Numbered from the stretch's first letter, positions 35,977 to 47,058 are shown. The stretch is DNA of 64,000 bases from Acidimicrobiia bacterium (GCA_031418775.1 JANOJN010000016.1:5771-69770); one strand, 5' to 3'. Notes: generated by a model not told the origin, from the letters alone. A program made the numbers and translations.

Positions 35977-38436
35977 GTGGTTCGCAGCGAAGGCAGTAGC
36001 TTCGCCCTCGTGAATGACGCCGAACTCGATGCCCTGATCGACGCTCTGACCATCGAGGAGCAGGTGTCGCTGCTGGCGGGAACGGACAACTGGCACACGG
36101 CTGAGCTTCCGCGCCACGGCATCCCGGCAATGCGGGTCACCGATGGACCCGCCGGAGCGCGGGGAACAACCTTCACCGGTCCGGCGTCGGTCAACGTGCC
36201 GTCGGGAACTGCGTTGGCGGCAACCTTCGATCCGGCGCTGGTCGAACGCATCGGCGCGCTCCTCGGCCGTGAGGCGCGCGCCAAGGGAGCTCGCGTGCTG
36301 CTCGCACCGACCGTGAACCTCCACCGCACACCGGTCGGCGGCCGCAACTTCGAATGCCAGAGCGAAGATCCATACCTCAGCGCGCGGATCACCGTCGGCT
36401 ACGTCAACGGGGTGCAGAGCGAGGGGGTGGCGGCGTGCGTGAAGCATTTCGTCGGCAACGACACCGAGCACGAGCGGATGACGATCGACAACCGCATCGA
36501 CGAGCGAACCATGCGCGAGATGTACCTCCGACCCTTCGAAGCGGCGGTGTGCGAGGCCGACGCTCTTTCGATCATGTCGGCGTACAACCGGATCAACGGA
36601 CCGTGGGCCGCCGACTCGAAGGAGCTCATCACCGACGTGCTGCGCGGGGAGTGGGGCTTCACCGGCGTCGTCATGAGCGATTGGTTCGGGCTGCACTCGA
36701 CAGCCGAGGGCATCGAAGCCGGCCTCGACCTGGAGATGCCGGGGCCGACGCGCGACCGCGGTGCCAAGCTCGTCGCCGCCGTCGAGTCCGGAGCCGTCGA
36801 CGCCTCGCTGGTACGGGCCGCTGCTCGTCGAATGCTGTCGTTCATGGATCGGCTCGGCGCCATCTCCGATGGTGGACCGGGACCGGAGACGACCCGCGAC
36901 GTACCGGAGGATCGATCGCTGATCCGATCCGCTGGCGCGGCCGGCATGGTGCTACTCCGCAACGAAGCCAACGCCCTTCCCCTCGATACCACTTCTGTTC
37001 GCCGCGTCGCCGTCATCGGTCCCAACGCAGCGAAGGGGCGGATCATGGGCGGAGGGTCGGCCATGGTCAATCCCGTGCACGAGGTCCATCCGCTCGGCTC
37101 TCTCCGTGATCGACTCGGCGGTGCCGGCGTCGAGGTGCTCGACGCCGTCGGGTGCACCATCCACCGGACGCTTCCGCCGCCGCGGCGCGACTGGATCACC
37201 GATGCCACGATCGACTACTTCGTCACAGCAGATGACATGACCAACGCGGTGCCGCCGCTGCGATCGGAGGTCCTCCCACGCTTCAACCTGATCTGGCCGG
37301 ACGACCCGGGTGAGGGTTTGACGCGCGAACTCTTCGCATGTCGCGTCAGCTTCGGGTTCACCCCTGACGTTTCCGGCGTGTGGTCCTTCGGTCTCACCTC
37401 GATCGGCCGGGCCCGGCTCTTCGTCGACGGAGAGCTCGTTGTCGACGATGAGCCCGCCGCGCCGGGCGGTTCGTTCTTCGGCATCGGCAAGGCCCAGTTC
37501 GTCGCATCGCATGAACTCCTCGCCGGTCAGGCGGTCCGGGTCACGGTCGAATACGTCAACGACGGACTCGGGATGATGCGCGGGTTGATCATGGGCTTCG
37601 ACGCTCCGGTCGTCGACGACTTGGTGGCAGGGGCGGCGAGGCTGGCGGCCACGACCGACGCGTCCATCGTGATCGTCGGGACGAACGACGACTGGGAGGC
37701 CGAGGGCTACGACCGCACCACGATCGCCCTGCCCGGTCGTCAGGACGAGCTCATCAGCGAGGTGGCCAAGGTAAGCGCGCGGACAATCGTCGTGGTGAAC
37801 GCCGGTTCGCCCGTCGCCATGCCGTGGATCAACGAGGTCGACGCCGTGCTCTTCGTCTGGTTCCCCGGGCAGGAGTTCGGCGATGCGCTCACCGATGTGC
37901 TCCTCGGCGACGTCGACCCCGGTGGGCGGCTCCCGGTTACCCTGCCCCGTCGTCTCGAGGACACACCGGCCTTCGAGCACCATCCCGGGCGCAACGGCGT
38001 GGGCCGCTATCTCGAGGGACGTCTCATCGGGTATCGGTACTACGACACGGTCGGGCGCGAACCACTGTTCGGCTTCGGTCACGGTCTTTCCTACGCGGAC
38101 ATTTCGATCGACAGCGCCGAGGCCGGTGATGGCGTCATCCGGGCCACGGTCACCAACGCCGGCGATCGGTCCGGCTTCGAGGTAATCCAGGTCTATGCGC
38201 ATGATCCCGTCGGAACGGGCGCGCCCGACGATGCCGTGCAGCAACTCGTCGGCTTTGCCAAGGTCGAGGTTGCCCCCGGGGAGAGTCGTTCGGTCGAGAT
38301 CGCCCTCGATCCCCGCTGGGCGATGCACTGGGACGTGGCGACCCATTCCTGGGCGGCCCGCCCGGGAGCGCGGGAACTCCGGGTAGGTCGTTCATCGCGT
38401 CGTATCGACCACGTACTCGCAGTTACTGTCGGCTGA
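35977..38436 (+). CDS. glycoside hydrolase family 3 beta-glucosidase
   Basis: 819 aa. LTIEEQVSLLAGTD...GIPAMRVTDGPAGAR, KHFVGND.E..R, GFTGVVMSDW (nucleophile Asp region), and a C-terminal Fn3-like domain (GGRLPVTLPRRLEDTPAF). Confidence 0.9.
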   Translation: MVRSEGSSFALVNDAELDALIDALTIEEQVSLLAGTDNWHTAELPRHGIPAMRVTDGPAGARGTTFTGPASVNVPSGTALAATFDPALVERIGALLGREARAKGARVLLAPTVNLHRTPVGGRNFECQSEDPYLSARITVGYVNGVQSEGVAACVKHFVGNDTEHERMTIDNRIDERTMREMYLRPFEAAVCEADALSIMSAYNRINGPWAADSKELITDVLRGEWGFTGVVMSDWFGLHSTAEGIEAGLDLEMPGPTRDRGAKLVAAVESGAVDASLVRAAARRMLSFMDRLGAISDGGPGPETTRDVPEDRSLIRSAGAAGMVLLRNEANALPLDTTSVRRVAVIGPNAAKGRIMGGGSAMVNPVHEVHPLGSLRDRLGGAGVEVLDAVGCTIHRTLPPPRRDWITDATIDYFVTADDMTNAVPPLRSEVLPRFNLIWPDDPGEGLTRELFACRVSFGFTPDVSGVWSFGLTSIGRARLFVDGELVVDDEPAAPGGSFFGIGKAQFVASHELLAGQAVRVTVEYVNDGLGMMRGLIMGFDAPVVDDLVAGAARLAATTDASIVIVGTNDDWEAEGYDRTTIALPGRQDELISEVAKVSARTIVVVNAGSPVAMPWINEVDAVLFVWFPGQEFGDALTDVLLGDVDPGGRLPVTLPRRLEDTPAFEHHPGRNGVGRYLEGRLIGYRYYDTVGREPLFGFGHGLSYADISIDSAEAGDGVIRATVTNAGDRSGFEVIQVYAHDPVGTGAPDDAVQQLVGFAKVEVAPGESRSVEIALDPRWAMHWDVATHSWAARPGARELRVGRSSRRIDHVLAVTVG

Positions 38437-38491
38437 GTCACGGACCGGCCGGACACGCGCGAACAGCCGCTTCCCGCTCAACGCCACACCA

Positions 38492-41400
38492 CTAGGTCGC
38501 GGATGCCCGAAGCGCCGAGCGGACGCGCTGCTCGCTGATCGGACCGTCGGTGCCGAGGTGCTGGGCGAACAGGCTGACCCGCAACTCCTCGATCATCCAG
38601 CGCACCTCGAGTAGCCCGGTGGAACCAGGCCGGGCCGAACGCAGCGCATCCCGGTACGCCGCCTCGAGCGCCCGGGCGGTGTTCATCCGCGGGGTGTCCC
38701 GGTGCGGGTCGGACGAAAGCTTCTGCAGGCGGTGGAGCACTGCATCGAGATAGCGGGGAAGGTGGGCGAGCCGACGAACACCGGTGCGGGTGGCGAACCC
38801 CGGACGCATGAGACGGGCGACCTGCTCGATGGAGTCGTTGATCGACGCGGACATCGACAGGGACCGCGGCTGTGCCTGCATCTCCGCGAAGGTTCGCTGC
38901 AGCTTGGCGTACGTCGCGAGTGTCAGGGCGATCTCCCGCCCGATGGTTGCGCTCGCCGGTCCCGACCCGGACTTGACCGCGGCGAGCAACTCGGCGAAAC
39001 CGAAGGCCGTGAACACCGGCCCTCCGTTGGCAATCAGAACGTGGTCGATCACGGCGGCGGCGGCGTCGTCGAGCAGAGCCTCGATATCACCGTTCGGTGC
39101 GGCGGCAAGAGCGAGTCGGTCAGTGGCTTCGATCGATCGCCGGATGTCACGACGTGAGGGTGTCGCCGCCAGCTGCAGGAGTCTTCGCGTGCCGTCCCAC
39201 ATGGCTTCGCGTTGGGCGGCCTCGCTGACCATCACGCGCACGGACACGCCGCGCCCTTCGTCGACGAGGGACGGGAAGCCGTGCACCGTGAATCCGAGTT
39301 GGGCGGTCGTGACCCGAGCAGTGAGATCACCGAACACCCACGATGTCGCCGCCTCGAACTCGAGACCGGGCATGGCGGCGCCGAGTGCTGTCCGGCAACG
39401 TCCACCCAGTTCGGAACGCAGCCGTCCGAGACCGCGCCCGGCGGCCACCACGGCGTCATCGGCGTCGAGCACTTCGAAGCGCATCCGGAGGTGCGGTTCG
39501 AGCCGGGTCATGTCGAACTCTTCTGCGGTGAGTGGCGACCCGATCGCATGAGCCACGTAGCGAGTGAGTGCGTCGATCAGCGATCCGGAGCGAGGGTCGG
39601 CTGACGCCAGGAACTTCTCGACATGATCGGCGATCGGGATCAGCTGCCTCCTGATGTTCTTGTTGAGTGTGCGTATCAACGCGTCGACGAGCTCGACGCG
39701 GTGGCCGGTGATGTGCCACGAGAACTCCGCCTCGTCGAGATGAGGCACAGCAATGAGAGGGACGGTCGCAGTGGCGCCGTCGTCCACCGCACCGGGGTCG
39801 TGCACGTAGGTCAGCGGAGCCGGGGCGTTCGTCGATGGCCACGTGTCGGGAAAGTCCTCCCACCGCACTCCGGCGGCGGCATCATCGAGCAGATGGGCGA
39901 CGCTCACCGAGAGGAAGTCGGGCAGGAGGGGCCGCATCCCCTTCCACCACTGATTGAACGAGGCGGTCGACGCAACGGTTTCGGGAATCCGGTCGTCGAA
40001 GAATGCGTAGGCCCGGTCGCCGTCCGCCAGCAGGTCGCGTCGTCGCGCTCGGGTCTCGATTTCCGTGACCAGTTCTGCGGTCCGAGCGTTCGCTGCGACG
40101 AAGTCGTGATGGACTTCCCACTCGCCGTCGACCAGCGCGTTCCGGATGAAGAGTTCGCGTGCCTGAACCGGGTCGATGCGGCCGAAGAAGACCCGTCGGC
40201 CGGTCACGATCGGAAGGCCGTAGAGCGAAACACGCTCGATCGCAACGGCCGAGCCCGTCTTGGGGTCCCACGTGGGCTCGGAATACGACCGGCTCACCAG
40301 ATGGTCACCGGCGCGTTCGATCCATTCGGGTTGGATACGCGCAACGGTTCGCGCCCACAGCCGATCGGTCTCGACGACCTCGCCGGCCATGATCCATTTC
40401 GCCGGCTTCTTGAACAGCGTCGAACCGGCGCCAACGAGGAAGCGACTGTTGCGGGCGCCGCGATAGTCGCGGGTGCGCTCGTCCCGCGCGCCGACGTTGA
40501 CGACGAGTCCGGTCAGCAACGCTTGATGGACGAGGTCAGCGGCGGCGGGCTGGGCCCCGAAGCGCAGCCCGAGATCGGACGCAACTTGGCGGAGCTGGCT
40601 GAAGATGTCCTGCCACTCCCGTATGCGCACATAGTTCAGGTAATCCCGCCGGCACATCTTGCGGAACTGGCTCGACGACATCTCGCGCTGGCGATCCCGG
40701 AGGTGGTTCCACAGATTGATCAGCGACATGAAGTCGGAGGAGTCATCACGGAATCGGGCGTGCGACACATCCGCGGCCTCGCGCTTCTCGCTCGGACGTT
40801 CGCGTGGATCTTGGATCGAAAGTGCGGCGGCAATGATGAGCACTTCTTTGACGCATCCGTTGAACTCGGCGGCGAGGACCATGCGACCGAGCTTGGGATC
40901 GAGTGGCAATCGAGCCAGACGGCGGCCGAGCTCGGTCAGCTCACCGTTCTCCGGAGCGGTCACCGCGCCCAGCTCGTAGAGCAGCACGAGCCCGTCCTTC
41001 ACCGAGCGTCGGTCGGGCGCGTCGATGAACGGGAACGTGGCGATGTCCCCGAGTCCGAGGGCGAGCATCTGCAAGATGACCGATGCCAAATTGGTGCGCA
41101 GGATTTCGGGGTCGGTGAACGCCGGTCGGTCGAGGAAGTCGTCTTCGCTGAACAAGCGGATGGCTACCCCGGGCGCGACGCGTCCGCACCGACCGGCCCG
41201 TTGGTTTGCCGACGCCTGGGAGATCGGTTCGATGGGGAGCCGCTGCACCTTCGATCGACGGCTGTAGCGGGAGAGGCGTGCCGTGCCGGTGTCGACGACG
41301 AACCGGACCCCGGGGACGGTCAGGGAGGTCTCGGCCACGTTGGTGGAGAGAACGACCCGGCGCGTGGTGTGGGGTTCGAACACCCGGTGCTGTTCGGCAG

Positions 41401-42307
41401 CGGACAATCGCGCGTACAGCGGGATGACCTCGAGAGGGCGTCCGGGCACGACCATTTCTCGGATCGCGTCGGCGGCGTCGTGGATCTCCCGTTCACCATT
41501 GCAGAACACGAGCACGTCGCCGTCACCGTGAGCACAGAGCTCCTCCACGGCGGCGACGATGGCCTGCGGCTGATCCGGGGCTTCGTCATCTTCGGAGCCG
41601 AACGGCCGGTACCGGACCTCGACCGGGAACGTTCGACCGGTCACCAGGATGACGGGGACCGATCGGCGACGACCCGTGGCGTCGACCCGGCTGAAGTGCT
41701 CGGCGAAGCGGGCGGTGTCGATGGTGGCCGAGGTGATGATCAGCTTCAGGTCGGGTCGTCTCGGAAGGAGTTGGTGGAGGAAACCGAGGAGGAAGTCGAT
41801 GTTCAGGCTGCGCTCGTGGGCCTCGTCGATGATGATCGTGTCGTAGCGGCGCAGGAGCCGGTCGCGGCCGATCTCGGCGAGCAGGATGCCGTCGGTCATC
41901 ACCTTCAATCGGGTCAGCTCCTTCACCCGGTCGGTGAAGCGGACGGCATACCCGACGGTTTCTCCGACCGTGGTGCCGAGCTCCGACGCCACCCGTTCCG
42001 CAATGGTTCGCGCCGCCAATCGCCGCGGTTGGGTATGGCCGATCATGGCGTCGAGACCCCGCCCGAGGTCGAGGCAGATCTTTGGGAGCTGAGTGCTCTT
42101 GCCCGACCCCGTTTCGCCGGCGACGACGATCACCTGATGATCGCGGATCGCCTCGCGGATCTCGTCGACGCGGTCGGTGATCGGCAGTTCCGTCGGGTAC
42201 TCGATGACGCAAGGTGCGCCAGCGCGGGCGGCGCGCAGCACCTCGACGCGGGGGGACCCCTCGCCCCGTTCGCGTGGGCGGGGCCGAGGGCGCCGATCGG
42301 TGGACAT
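38492..42307 (-). CDS. hrpA: ATP-dependent RNA helicase HrpA (DEAH-box)
   Basis: 1271 aa. VAGETGSGKSTQLPK, IIDEAHERSLN, the FCNGEREI..., TNVAETSLTVPG... and QRAGRCGR motifs, and a long HrpA-type C-terminal extension. Confidence 0.95.
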   Translation of the reverse strand: MSTDRRPRPRPRERGEGSPRVEVLRAARAGAPCVIEYPTELPITDRVDEIREAIRDHQVIVVAGETGSGKSTQLPKICLDLGRGLDAMIGHTQPRRLAARTIAERVASELGTTVGETVGYAVRFTDRVKELTRLKVMTDGILLAEIGRDRLLRRYDTIIIDEAHERSLNIDFLLGFLHQLLPRRPDLKLIITSATIDTARFAEHFSRVDATGRRRSVPVILVTGRTFPVEVRYRPFGSEDDEAPDQPQAIVAAVEELCAHGDGDVLVFCNGEREIHDAADAIREMVVPGRPLEVIPLYARLSAAEQHRVFEPHTTRRVVLSTNVAETSLTVPGVRFVVDTGTARLSRYSRRSKVQRLPIEPISQASANQRAGRCGRVAPGVAIRLFSEDDFLDRPAFTDPEILRTNLASVILQMLALGLGDIATFPFIDAPDRRSVKDGLVLLYELGAVTAPENGELTELGRRLARLPLDPKLGRMVLAAEFNGCVKEVLIIAAALSIQDPRERPSEKREAADVSHARFRDDSSDFMSLINLWNHLRDRQREMSSSQFRKMCRRDYLNYVRIREWQDIFSQLRQVASDLGLRFGAQPAAADLVHQALLTGLVVNVGARDERTRDYRGARNSRFLVGAGSTLFKKPAKWIMAGEVVETDRLWARTVARIQPEWIERAGDHLVSRSYSEPTWDPKTGSAVAIERVSLYGLPIVTGRRVFFGRIDPVQARELFIRNALVDGEWEVHHDFVAANARTAELVTEIETRARRRDLLADGDRAYAFFDDRIPETVASTASFNQWWKGMRPLLPDFLSVSVAHLLDDAAAGVRWEDFPDTWPSTNAPAPLTYVHDPGAVDDGATATVPLIAVPHLDEAEFSWHITGHRVELVDALIRTLNKNIRRQLIPIADHVEKFLASADPRSGSLIDALTRYVAHAIGSPLTAEEFDMTRLEPHLRMRFEVLDADDAVVAAGRGLGRLRSELGGRCRTALGAAMPGLEFEAATSWVFGDLTARVTTAQLGFTVHGFPSLVDEGRGVSVRVMVSEAAQREAMWDGTRRLLQLAATPSRRDIRRSIEATDRLALAAAPNGDIEALLDDAAAAVIDHVLIANGGPVFTAFGFAELLAAVKSGSGPASATIGREIALTLATYAKLQRTFAEMQAQPRSLSMSASINDSIEQVARLMRPGFATRTGVRRLAHLPRYLDAVLHRLQKLSSDPHRDTPRMNTARALEAAYRDALRSARPGSTGLLEVRWMIEELRVSLFAQHLGTDGPISEQRVRSALRASAT

Positions 42308-42493
42308 CCCCTCCAGTATCGGCGTTGCGCAGTGGTTCCGGGGCAGTTCCGGTTCAGCGGTGACCGCAAGCCGAGTCCGACGGTTGCGGGTGGCTCACCC
42401 GTGCGGCAATCAGCGCAACGTGCGTGGTCTCGGGCGGTTTTCGGCCCTAGAGTACCGTCCGTGAAAGCGGTTGCGGATAGACAGTCTGAAGGG

Positions 42494-43504
42494 ATGCCTC
42501 CCCGCGGTGGTCGTGCCACGATCGCCGATGTCGCTCGCGGCGCTGCCGTCTCGGAGGCGACCGTCAGCAGAGCGCTTCGCAACCTCCCCCATGTGCGTGC
42601 CGAGGTCCGTCAGCGTGTTCGTGACGTCGCCAGCGCGCTGAGTTACGTGGCTGATCCGAATGCCTCACGTCTGGCTTCGGGTCGAACGAAGACCGTCGGG
42701 CTCATCGCCCGACATCTGGACACGTGGTACGTCAGCCAGGTCTCTACTGGCTTGGAGGACGTCCTGCAGCCTGCCGACCAGGATCTGCTCATAAGCGCAC
42801 TGAGTACCCCCGGCCGTCGACGCGACCTCGTCGCCGGGACCACCAACCTCAACCAACGGGTCGACGGCGTCGTGGTGGTCGATGCGTTCCTCGGTGCCTC
42901 GTGGAAGCGGGCGCGGGGCGAGCGTCCGATCATGATCGTCGGTGAACGGGTTGACGGCGAACACACCCTGGGTATCGATGATGAGCTCGGCGGTTCTCTC
43001 GCGGCCGAGCATCTCGTCGGGCTCGGCCATCGCCGCCTCGCCACCATCGGAAGCCGGAGCATACGTGACCGGTTCTCCCCGGTGTCAGGACTTCGGCTCA
43101 AGGGGTTTCGTCGGATCGTGGTGGAGGCAGGGATCGAACCGGCTGTCGAACTCAGCGGCGCCTACACCGTCGAGAGCGGCGCAGCCGCAGCACGCAAGTT
43201 GCTCGCCCTGCCGCCGGAGCGTCGTCCAACTGCGGTGTTCTGTCTGTCGGACGAGATGGCCTTCGGGGTGCTCCAGGTTGCCCGTGAACTGCATACTGAC
43301 GTGCCCGGGGAGCTCGCGGTGGTCGGCTTCGATGGCCACTCCGTCGCCGAGGCCTTCGGTCTCACGACCGTCCACCAACCGGTTCGTGATCTTGGACGCC
43401 GCGCCGCGGAGCGCATGCTCGCCCTGCTCGACGACCCCACACGTCCACCCGGCCACGAGGTTCTCGACGTTCGGCTCATCGTTCGCTCCTCGAGCACGAA
43501 GTGA
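42494..43504 (+). CDS. LacI family transcriptional regulator
   Basis: Last 336 codons of the 1293-aa ORF. ATG 42494 (GAAGGG upstream) is followed by ATIADVARGAAVSEATVSRALRNLPHVRAEVRQRVRDVASALSYVADPNASRLASGRT. The rest of the long ORF is antisense to hrpA. Confidence 0.9.
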   Translation: MPPRGGRATIADVARGAAVSEATVSRALRNLPHVRAEVRQRVRDVASALSYVADPNASRLASGRTKTVGLIARHLDTWYVSQVSTGLEDVLQPADQDLLISALSTPGRRRDLVAGTTNLNQRVDGVVVVDAFLGASWKRARGERPIMIVGERVDGEHTLGIDDELGGSLAAEHLVGLGHRRLATIGSRSIRDRFSPVSGLRLKGFRRIVVEAGIEPAVELSGAYTVESGAAAARKLLALPPERRPTAVFCLSDEMAFGVLQVARELHTDVPGELAVVGFDGHSVAEAFGLTTVHQPVRDLGRRAAERMLALLDDPTRPPGHEVLDVRLIVRSSSTK

Positions 43505-43556
43505 TGATCTGATCCCGGGCTGGCTCTTGGCCCCCTGACAGGAGCAGGATGACGGT

Positions 43557-45242
43557 ATGGGACCTCGCATCGTCATCCGTGGTGGCATCGTCGTCGATGG
43601 TTCGGGCTCGCCCGGAACCGTCGCAGATGTGGCGATCGAGGGTGATCGTGTCGTGGCGATCGGTGAGATCGCGCCGCTCCCCGACGATGATGTGCTCGAC
43701 GCCACCGGTTGCATCGTCTCTCCCGGCTTCATCGACATTCACACCCACTACGACGCGCAGGTGTTCTGGGATCCGGCGCTCACTCCGTCCTGCTTCCATG
43801 GGGTCACGAGCGTGGTGGCGGGGAACTGCGGGTTCTCGATCGCCCCTGTTCGCCCGGAGCACCGGGCGCTGATGGCGGCCACGATGGAGAAGGTCGAGGA
43901 CATGGATCCGGCCACCCTCCTCGAAGGGGTGCCGTGGGACTTCGAGACCTTCCCCGATTACCACGACGCCGTTGAGCGCCATGGCTGCGTGCTGAACTAC
44001 GGCGCCTACATCGGCCACACGGCGCTCCGCCTCCACGCGCTGGGCGATGAGGCGGTCGGGCGCGTCGCCACCGATGCGGAGATCACGACCATGGCGGCGG
44101 CCGTCTCCGAGGCGATGGATGCCGGAGCGCTCGGATTCGCGACCTCATTCGCCGTGACGCACCGAGGCGCTGACGGGAACCCCATCCCGTCTCGCTACGC
44201 CGACCGACGCGAGGTCGACGCGCTCGCCGCAGCGGTTGTCGCGTCCGGACGGGGCGTGGTCGGTATCAACGGCGGCGAGGGTCTGTCGTTCGCCGACAGC
44301 TATGACCTGTCGATCGAACTCGGCGCACCGGTCACCTACACGGCGGTGCTCACGACCCCGACCGGGGCTCATCTGAAGGCGATGGAGATCCATCGGGCAG
44401 GTATTGGGCGGGGCGCGAACGTCTGGCCGCAGATCAGCTGCCGTCCGCTCGCGTTCTCGATGCACCTCGTGGAACCCTTCACGCTGAACACCAATCCTGT
44501 CTTCGCCGAGCTGATGCCGTTGAGCGAGGCGGATCGTCGGCGCGCGTACGAATCGTCGGAGTGGCGGCAGCGGGCCAAGCAGGCGTGGATTGACAACCGC
44601 CGGCTCTCTCCGCGCTGGGACACGTTCACGGTGATGGAGTCGACCCAACCCGAGCTCATCGGTCTGGGCATCGCGGCCCTTGCTGAGCAGCTCGGGGTGC
44701 ATCCGCTCGATGCTCTCCTCGACGCGGTGCTCGCCGAACCGGACCTGAAGTCGCTTCGTGTCAAAGCGACGCTCGCAAACGATGACCCCGAGGGCATTGC
44801 CGGTCTGCTGCGCGAAGAACACGTCACGCTCGGCCTCTCCGACGCTGGAGCCCACGTCGGTCAGATCTGCGACGCCCCGCTGCCCACCGACCTCCTCGGC
44901 AATTGGGTGCGGGGCCGTGAAGCGCTCACCCTCGAAGACGCCGTGCACCGTCTCACCGGGGTGCAGGCCGACCTGTTCGGCTTCGTCGACCGCGGGGTCC
45001 TGCGGGCGGGTGCGTTTGCCGACGTGTGCGTGTTCGATCCGGCCACCGTTGCCCCGGGCCCGATCCGCCGTGTGCGTGACTTCCCGGCGAACGGCGAGCG
45101 GCTCACCGCCGACGCACCGATCGGTGTCCGTCATGTCCTCGTGAACGGCACGGTGATACGCCGCGACGAACGCTCTCTCCCGATGGACGAAATAGGCCGG
45201 CCGGGACAGATGCTCGTCGCCGGTCTGCGCGGGAGCCAGTGA
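43557..45242 (+). CDS. N-acyl-D-amino-acid deacylase (D-aminoacylase) family amidohydrolase
   Basis: IVIRGGIVVDGSG...VSPGFIDIHTHYDAQVFWDP...VTSVVAGNCGFSIAP is the characteristic N-terminus. 561 aa, AGGAGCAGGA RBS. Confidence 0.85.
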   Translation: MGPRIVIRGGIVVDGSGSPGTVADVAIEGDRVVAIGEIAPLPDDDVLDATGCIVSPGFIDIHTHYDAQVFWDPALTPSCFHGVTSVVAGNCGFSIAPVRPEHRALMAATMEKVEDMDPATLLEGVPWDFETFPDYHDAVERHGCVLNYGAYIGHTALRLHALGDEAVGRVATDAEITTMAAAVSEAMDAGALGFATSFAVTHRGADGNPIPSRYADRREVDALAAAVVASGRGVVGINGGEGLSFADSYDLSIELGAPVTYTAVLTTPTGAHLKAMEIHRAGIGRGANVWPQISCRPLAFSMHLVEPFTLNTNPVFAELMPLSEADRRRAYESSEWRQRAKQAWIDNRRLSPRWDTFTVMESTQPELIGLGIAALAEQLGVHPLDALLDAVLAEPDLKSLRVKATLANDDPEGIAGLLREEHVTLGLSDAGAHVGQICDAPLPTDLLGNWVRGREALTLEDAVHRLTGVQADLFGFVDRGVLRAGAFADVCVFDPATVAPGPIRRVRDFPANGERLTADAPIGVRHVLVNGTVIRRDERSLPMDEIGRPGQMLVAGLRGSQ

Positions 45243-45278
45243 GCAGAGCAGGAACGGCAGAGCACTAGCTTCGGGCAG

Positions 45279-46061
45279 ATGAGCGACGACCGCAGGTATC
45301 ACATCGGGTTCGGCCCCAGCGATCTGGCTGGCCGGGTGCCCGACCTCGTGCTGCTCTCGGGCGATCCGGAGCGCACCAAGCACATCGCCACGGAGCGGCT
45401 CGCCAACGCCCGTCTGCTCAGCGAGCACCGTGGCCTCACAAGCTACGTCGGCACGCTCGCCAACGGCGTCGACATCCTGTGCTGCACGAGCGGCATGGGA
45501 GGTCCGTCGACGTCGATCGTGATCAACGAACTGGCGCAGATTGGCGTTCGCACCGTGATCCGCGTGGGGACAACCGGTTCGCTGCAACCGCACGTGCCGG
45601 TCGGATCGGTGATCATCACGAGCGCTGCGCTCCGCCGTCAGGGCGCGACCCTCGACATCGCCCCGATCGAATACCCGGCGGCAGGTGACCCGTTCGTCAC
45701 CGTTGCGTTGGCGAACGCCGCGGCCTCGCTCGGCATCCCGCATCACGTCGGGATCACCGCGTCGGTGGACACCTTCTTCGAAGGTCAGGAGCGTTCGGTG
45801 ATCTCGGCCAACCCCCGCCTGCTCCGCTCGCTGCAGGGGATCACCGACGAGTACCGCAATCTCGGGATCCTCAACTACGAGATGGAGTCGGCCACGGTGT
45901 TCACGTGCGCGTCGGTGTACGGCATGCGCGCCGGATGTGTCTGTGCCGTTATCGCCCAGCGAACCGAGGGCGAGAACGTGGTCATGGAGGCGAAGGACGA
46001 AGCGGTGGAGCGCACCATCCTCGTGGCGCTCGCCGGCGCTGAGGCGCTCACGTCGAAGTAG
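45279..46061 (+). CDS. nucleoside phosphorylase (PNP/UDP family, uridine-phosphorylase-like)
   Basis: VLLSGDPERTKHIA...TSGMGGPSTSIVINELAQIGVRTVIRVGTTGSLQ...YEMESATVF are PNP_UDP_1 motifs. Confidence 0.8.
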   Translation: MSDDRRYHIGFGPSDLAGRVPDLVLLSGDPERTKHIATERLANARLLSEHRGLTSYVGTLANGVDILCCTSGMGGPSTSIVINELAQIGVRTVIRVGTTGSLQPHVPVGSVIITSAALRRQGATLDIAPIEYPAAGDPFVTVALANAAASLGIPHHVGITASVDTFFEGQERSVISANPRLLRSLQGITDEYRNLGILNYEMESATVFTCASVYGMRAGCVCAVIAQRTEGENVVMEAKDEAVERTILVALAGAEALTSK

Positions 46062-46080
46062 CCGTCCCGACCGGGGCTGA

Positions 46081-47052
46081 GTGTCACTCGGGGCACCGAA
46101 CCGCTACCGTTCGCTCATGCCAGTGCACTACGAAAAAGGTCTCGTCGACGTCGGCAACGGATGCTTCGCCTACTTGCAGCCCGACGGCGGTTGGGGGTGG
46201 AGCAACGCGGGTCTGATCGAGAGCAACGGGGTTTCCCTACTGGTCGACACGCTCTTCGATCTCAAGCTCACTCAGGAGATGCTCGACGCGATGGCAGAGA
46301 TCCGCGCACGGTCGCCGATCGCCACGCTGGTGAACACGCACGCCAACGGCGATCACTGCTACGGCAACCAACTGGTGACGAATGCGGCGATCGTGGCGAG
46401 TGCGGCAACCGCCCACGAGATGGCCGAGGTTCCCGCGTCGATGATGCTGTCGCTCAACAATGCCCCTGGCGAGATCGGCGAGCTCTTCCGGGGCTTCTTC
46501 GGTGCGTTCGATTTCAGCGGCATCGAGTCCACGCCGCCGACCGAGACGTTCTCCGGTCGACACGACATCAGTGTGGGCGGTCGCATCGTCGAGCTCCACG
46601 AGGTCGGACCCGCGCATACGGCAGGGGACACCATCGTGCACGTGCCCGACGCGGCAACGGTGTTCACCGGCGACATCCTGTTCTCGCACGGCACGCCCAT
46701 CGTGTGGGCGGGGCCGTTGTCCAACTGGATCGCCGCATGCGATCTGATCGAGACGATGGCGCCGTCGGTCGTGGTCCCCGGGCACGGACCGGTCTCGACG
46801 CTCGCCGACGTGCGCGACTGCCGCGAGTACCTGTCGATGATCGAGCGCGAGGCGTCGGCCCGTCACGCCGCCGGGATGTCGGCGAGCGATGCGGCGCACG
46901 ACATTGCCTTGGGCGAGTTTCGCGAGTGGGGTGAGTGGGGCCGCATCGCCGTCAACGTCGACACGGTGTACCGGTCGATCGACTCGGAGTACAAAGGCAT
47001 GGACATCTTCGAGATGTTCCGCCAGATGGCGAAGCTCGAGGCGGCGGGCTGA
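46081..47052 (+). CDS. MBL-fold metallo-hydrolase
   Basis: NAGLIESNGVSLLVDT...VNTHANGDHCYGN (HxHxDH variant)...HTAGDTIVHVP...PGHGP. The start could instead be ATG 46117. Confidence 0.85.
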   Translation: MSLGAPNRYRSLMPVHYEKGLVDVGNGCFAYLQPDGGWGWSNAGLIESNGVSLLVDTLFDLKLTQEMLDAMAEIRARSPIATLVNTHANGDHCYGNQLVTNAAIVASAATAHEMAEVPASMMLSLNNAPGEIGELFRGFFGAFDFSGIESTPPTETFSGRHDISVGGRIVELHEVGPAHTAGDTIVHVPDAATVFTGDILFSHGTPIVWAGPLSNWIAACDLIETMAPSVVVPGHGPVSTLADVRDCREYLSMIEREASARHAAGMSASDAAHDIALGEFREWGEWGRIAVNVDTVYRSIDSEYKGMDIFEMFRQMAKLEAAG

Positions 47053-47058
47053 GACTAG

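Noticed and set aside
39623-42493. First ~2.9 kb of the 1293-aa plus-strand ORF (39623-43504)
   Set aside because: It is antisense to the well-supported hrpA gene and has Arg/Gly/Asp/Pro-rich low-information composition, typical of shadow ORFs in high-GC DNA. Only the last 1011 nt (from ATG 42494) encode a recognisable LacI protein.
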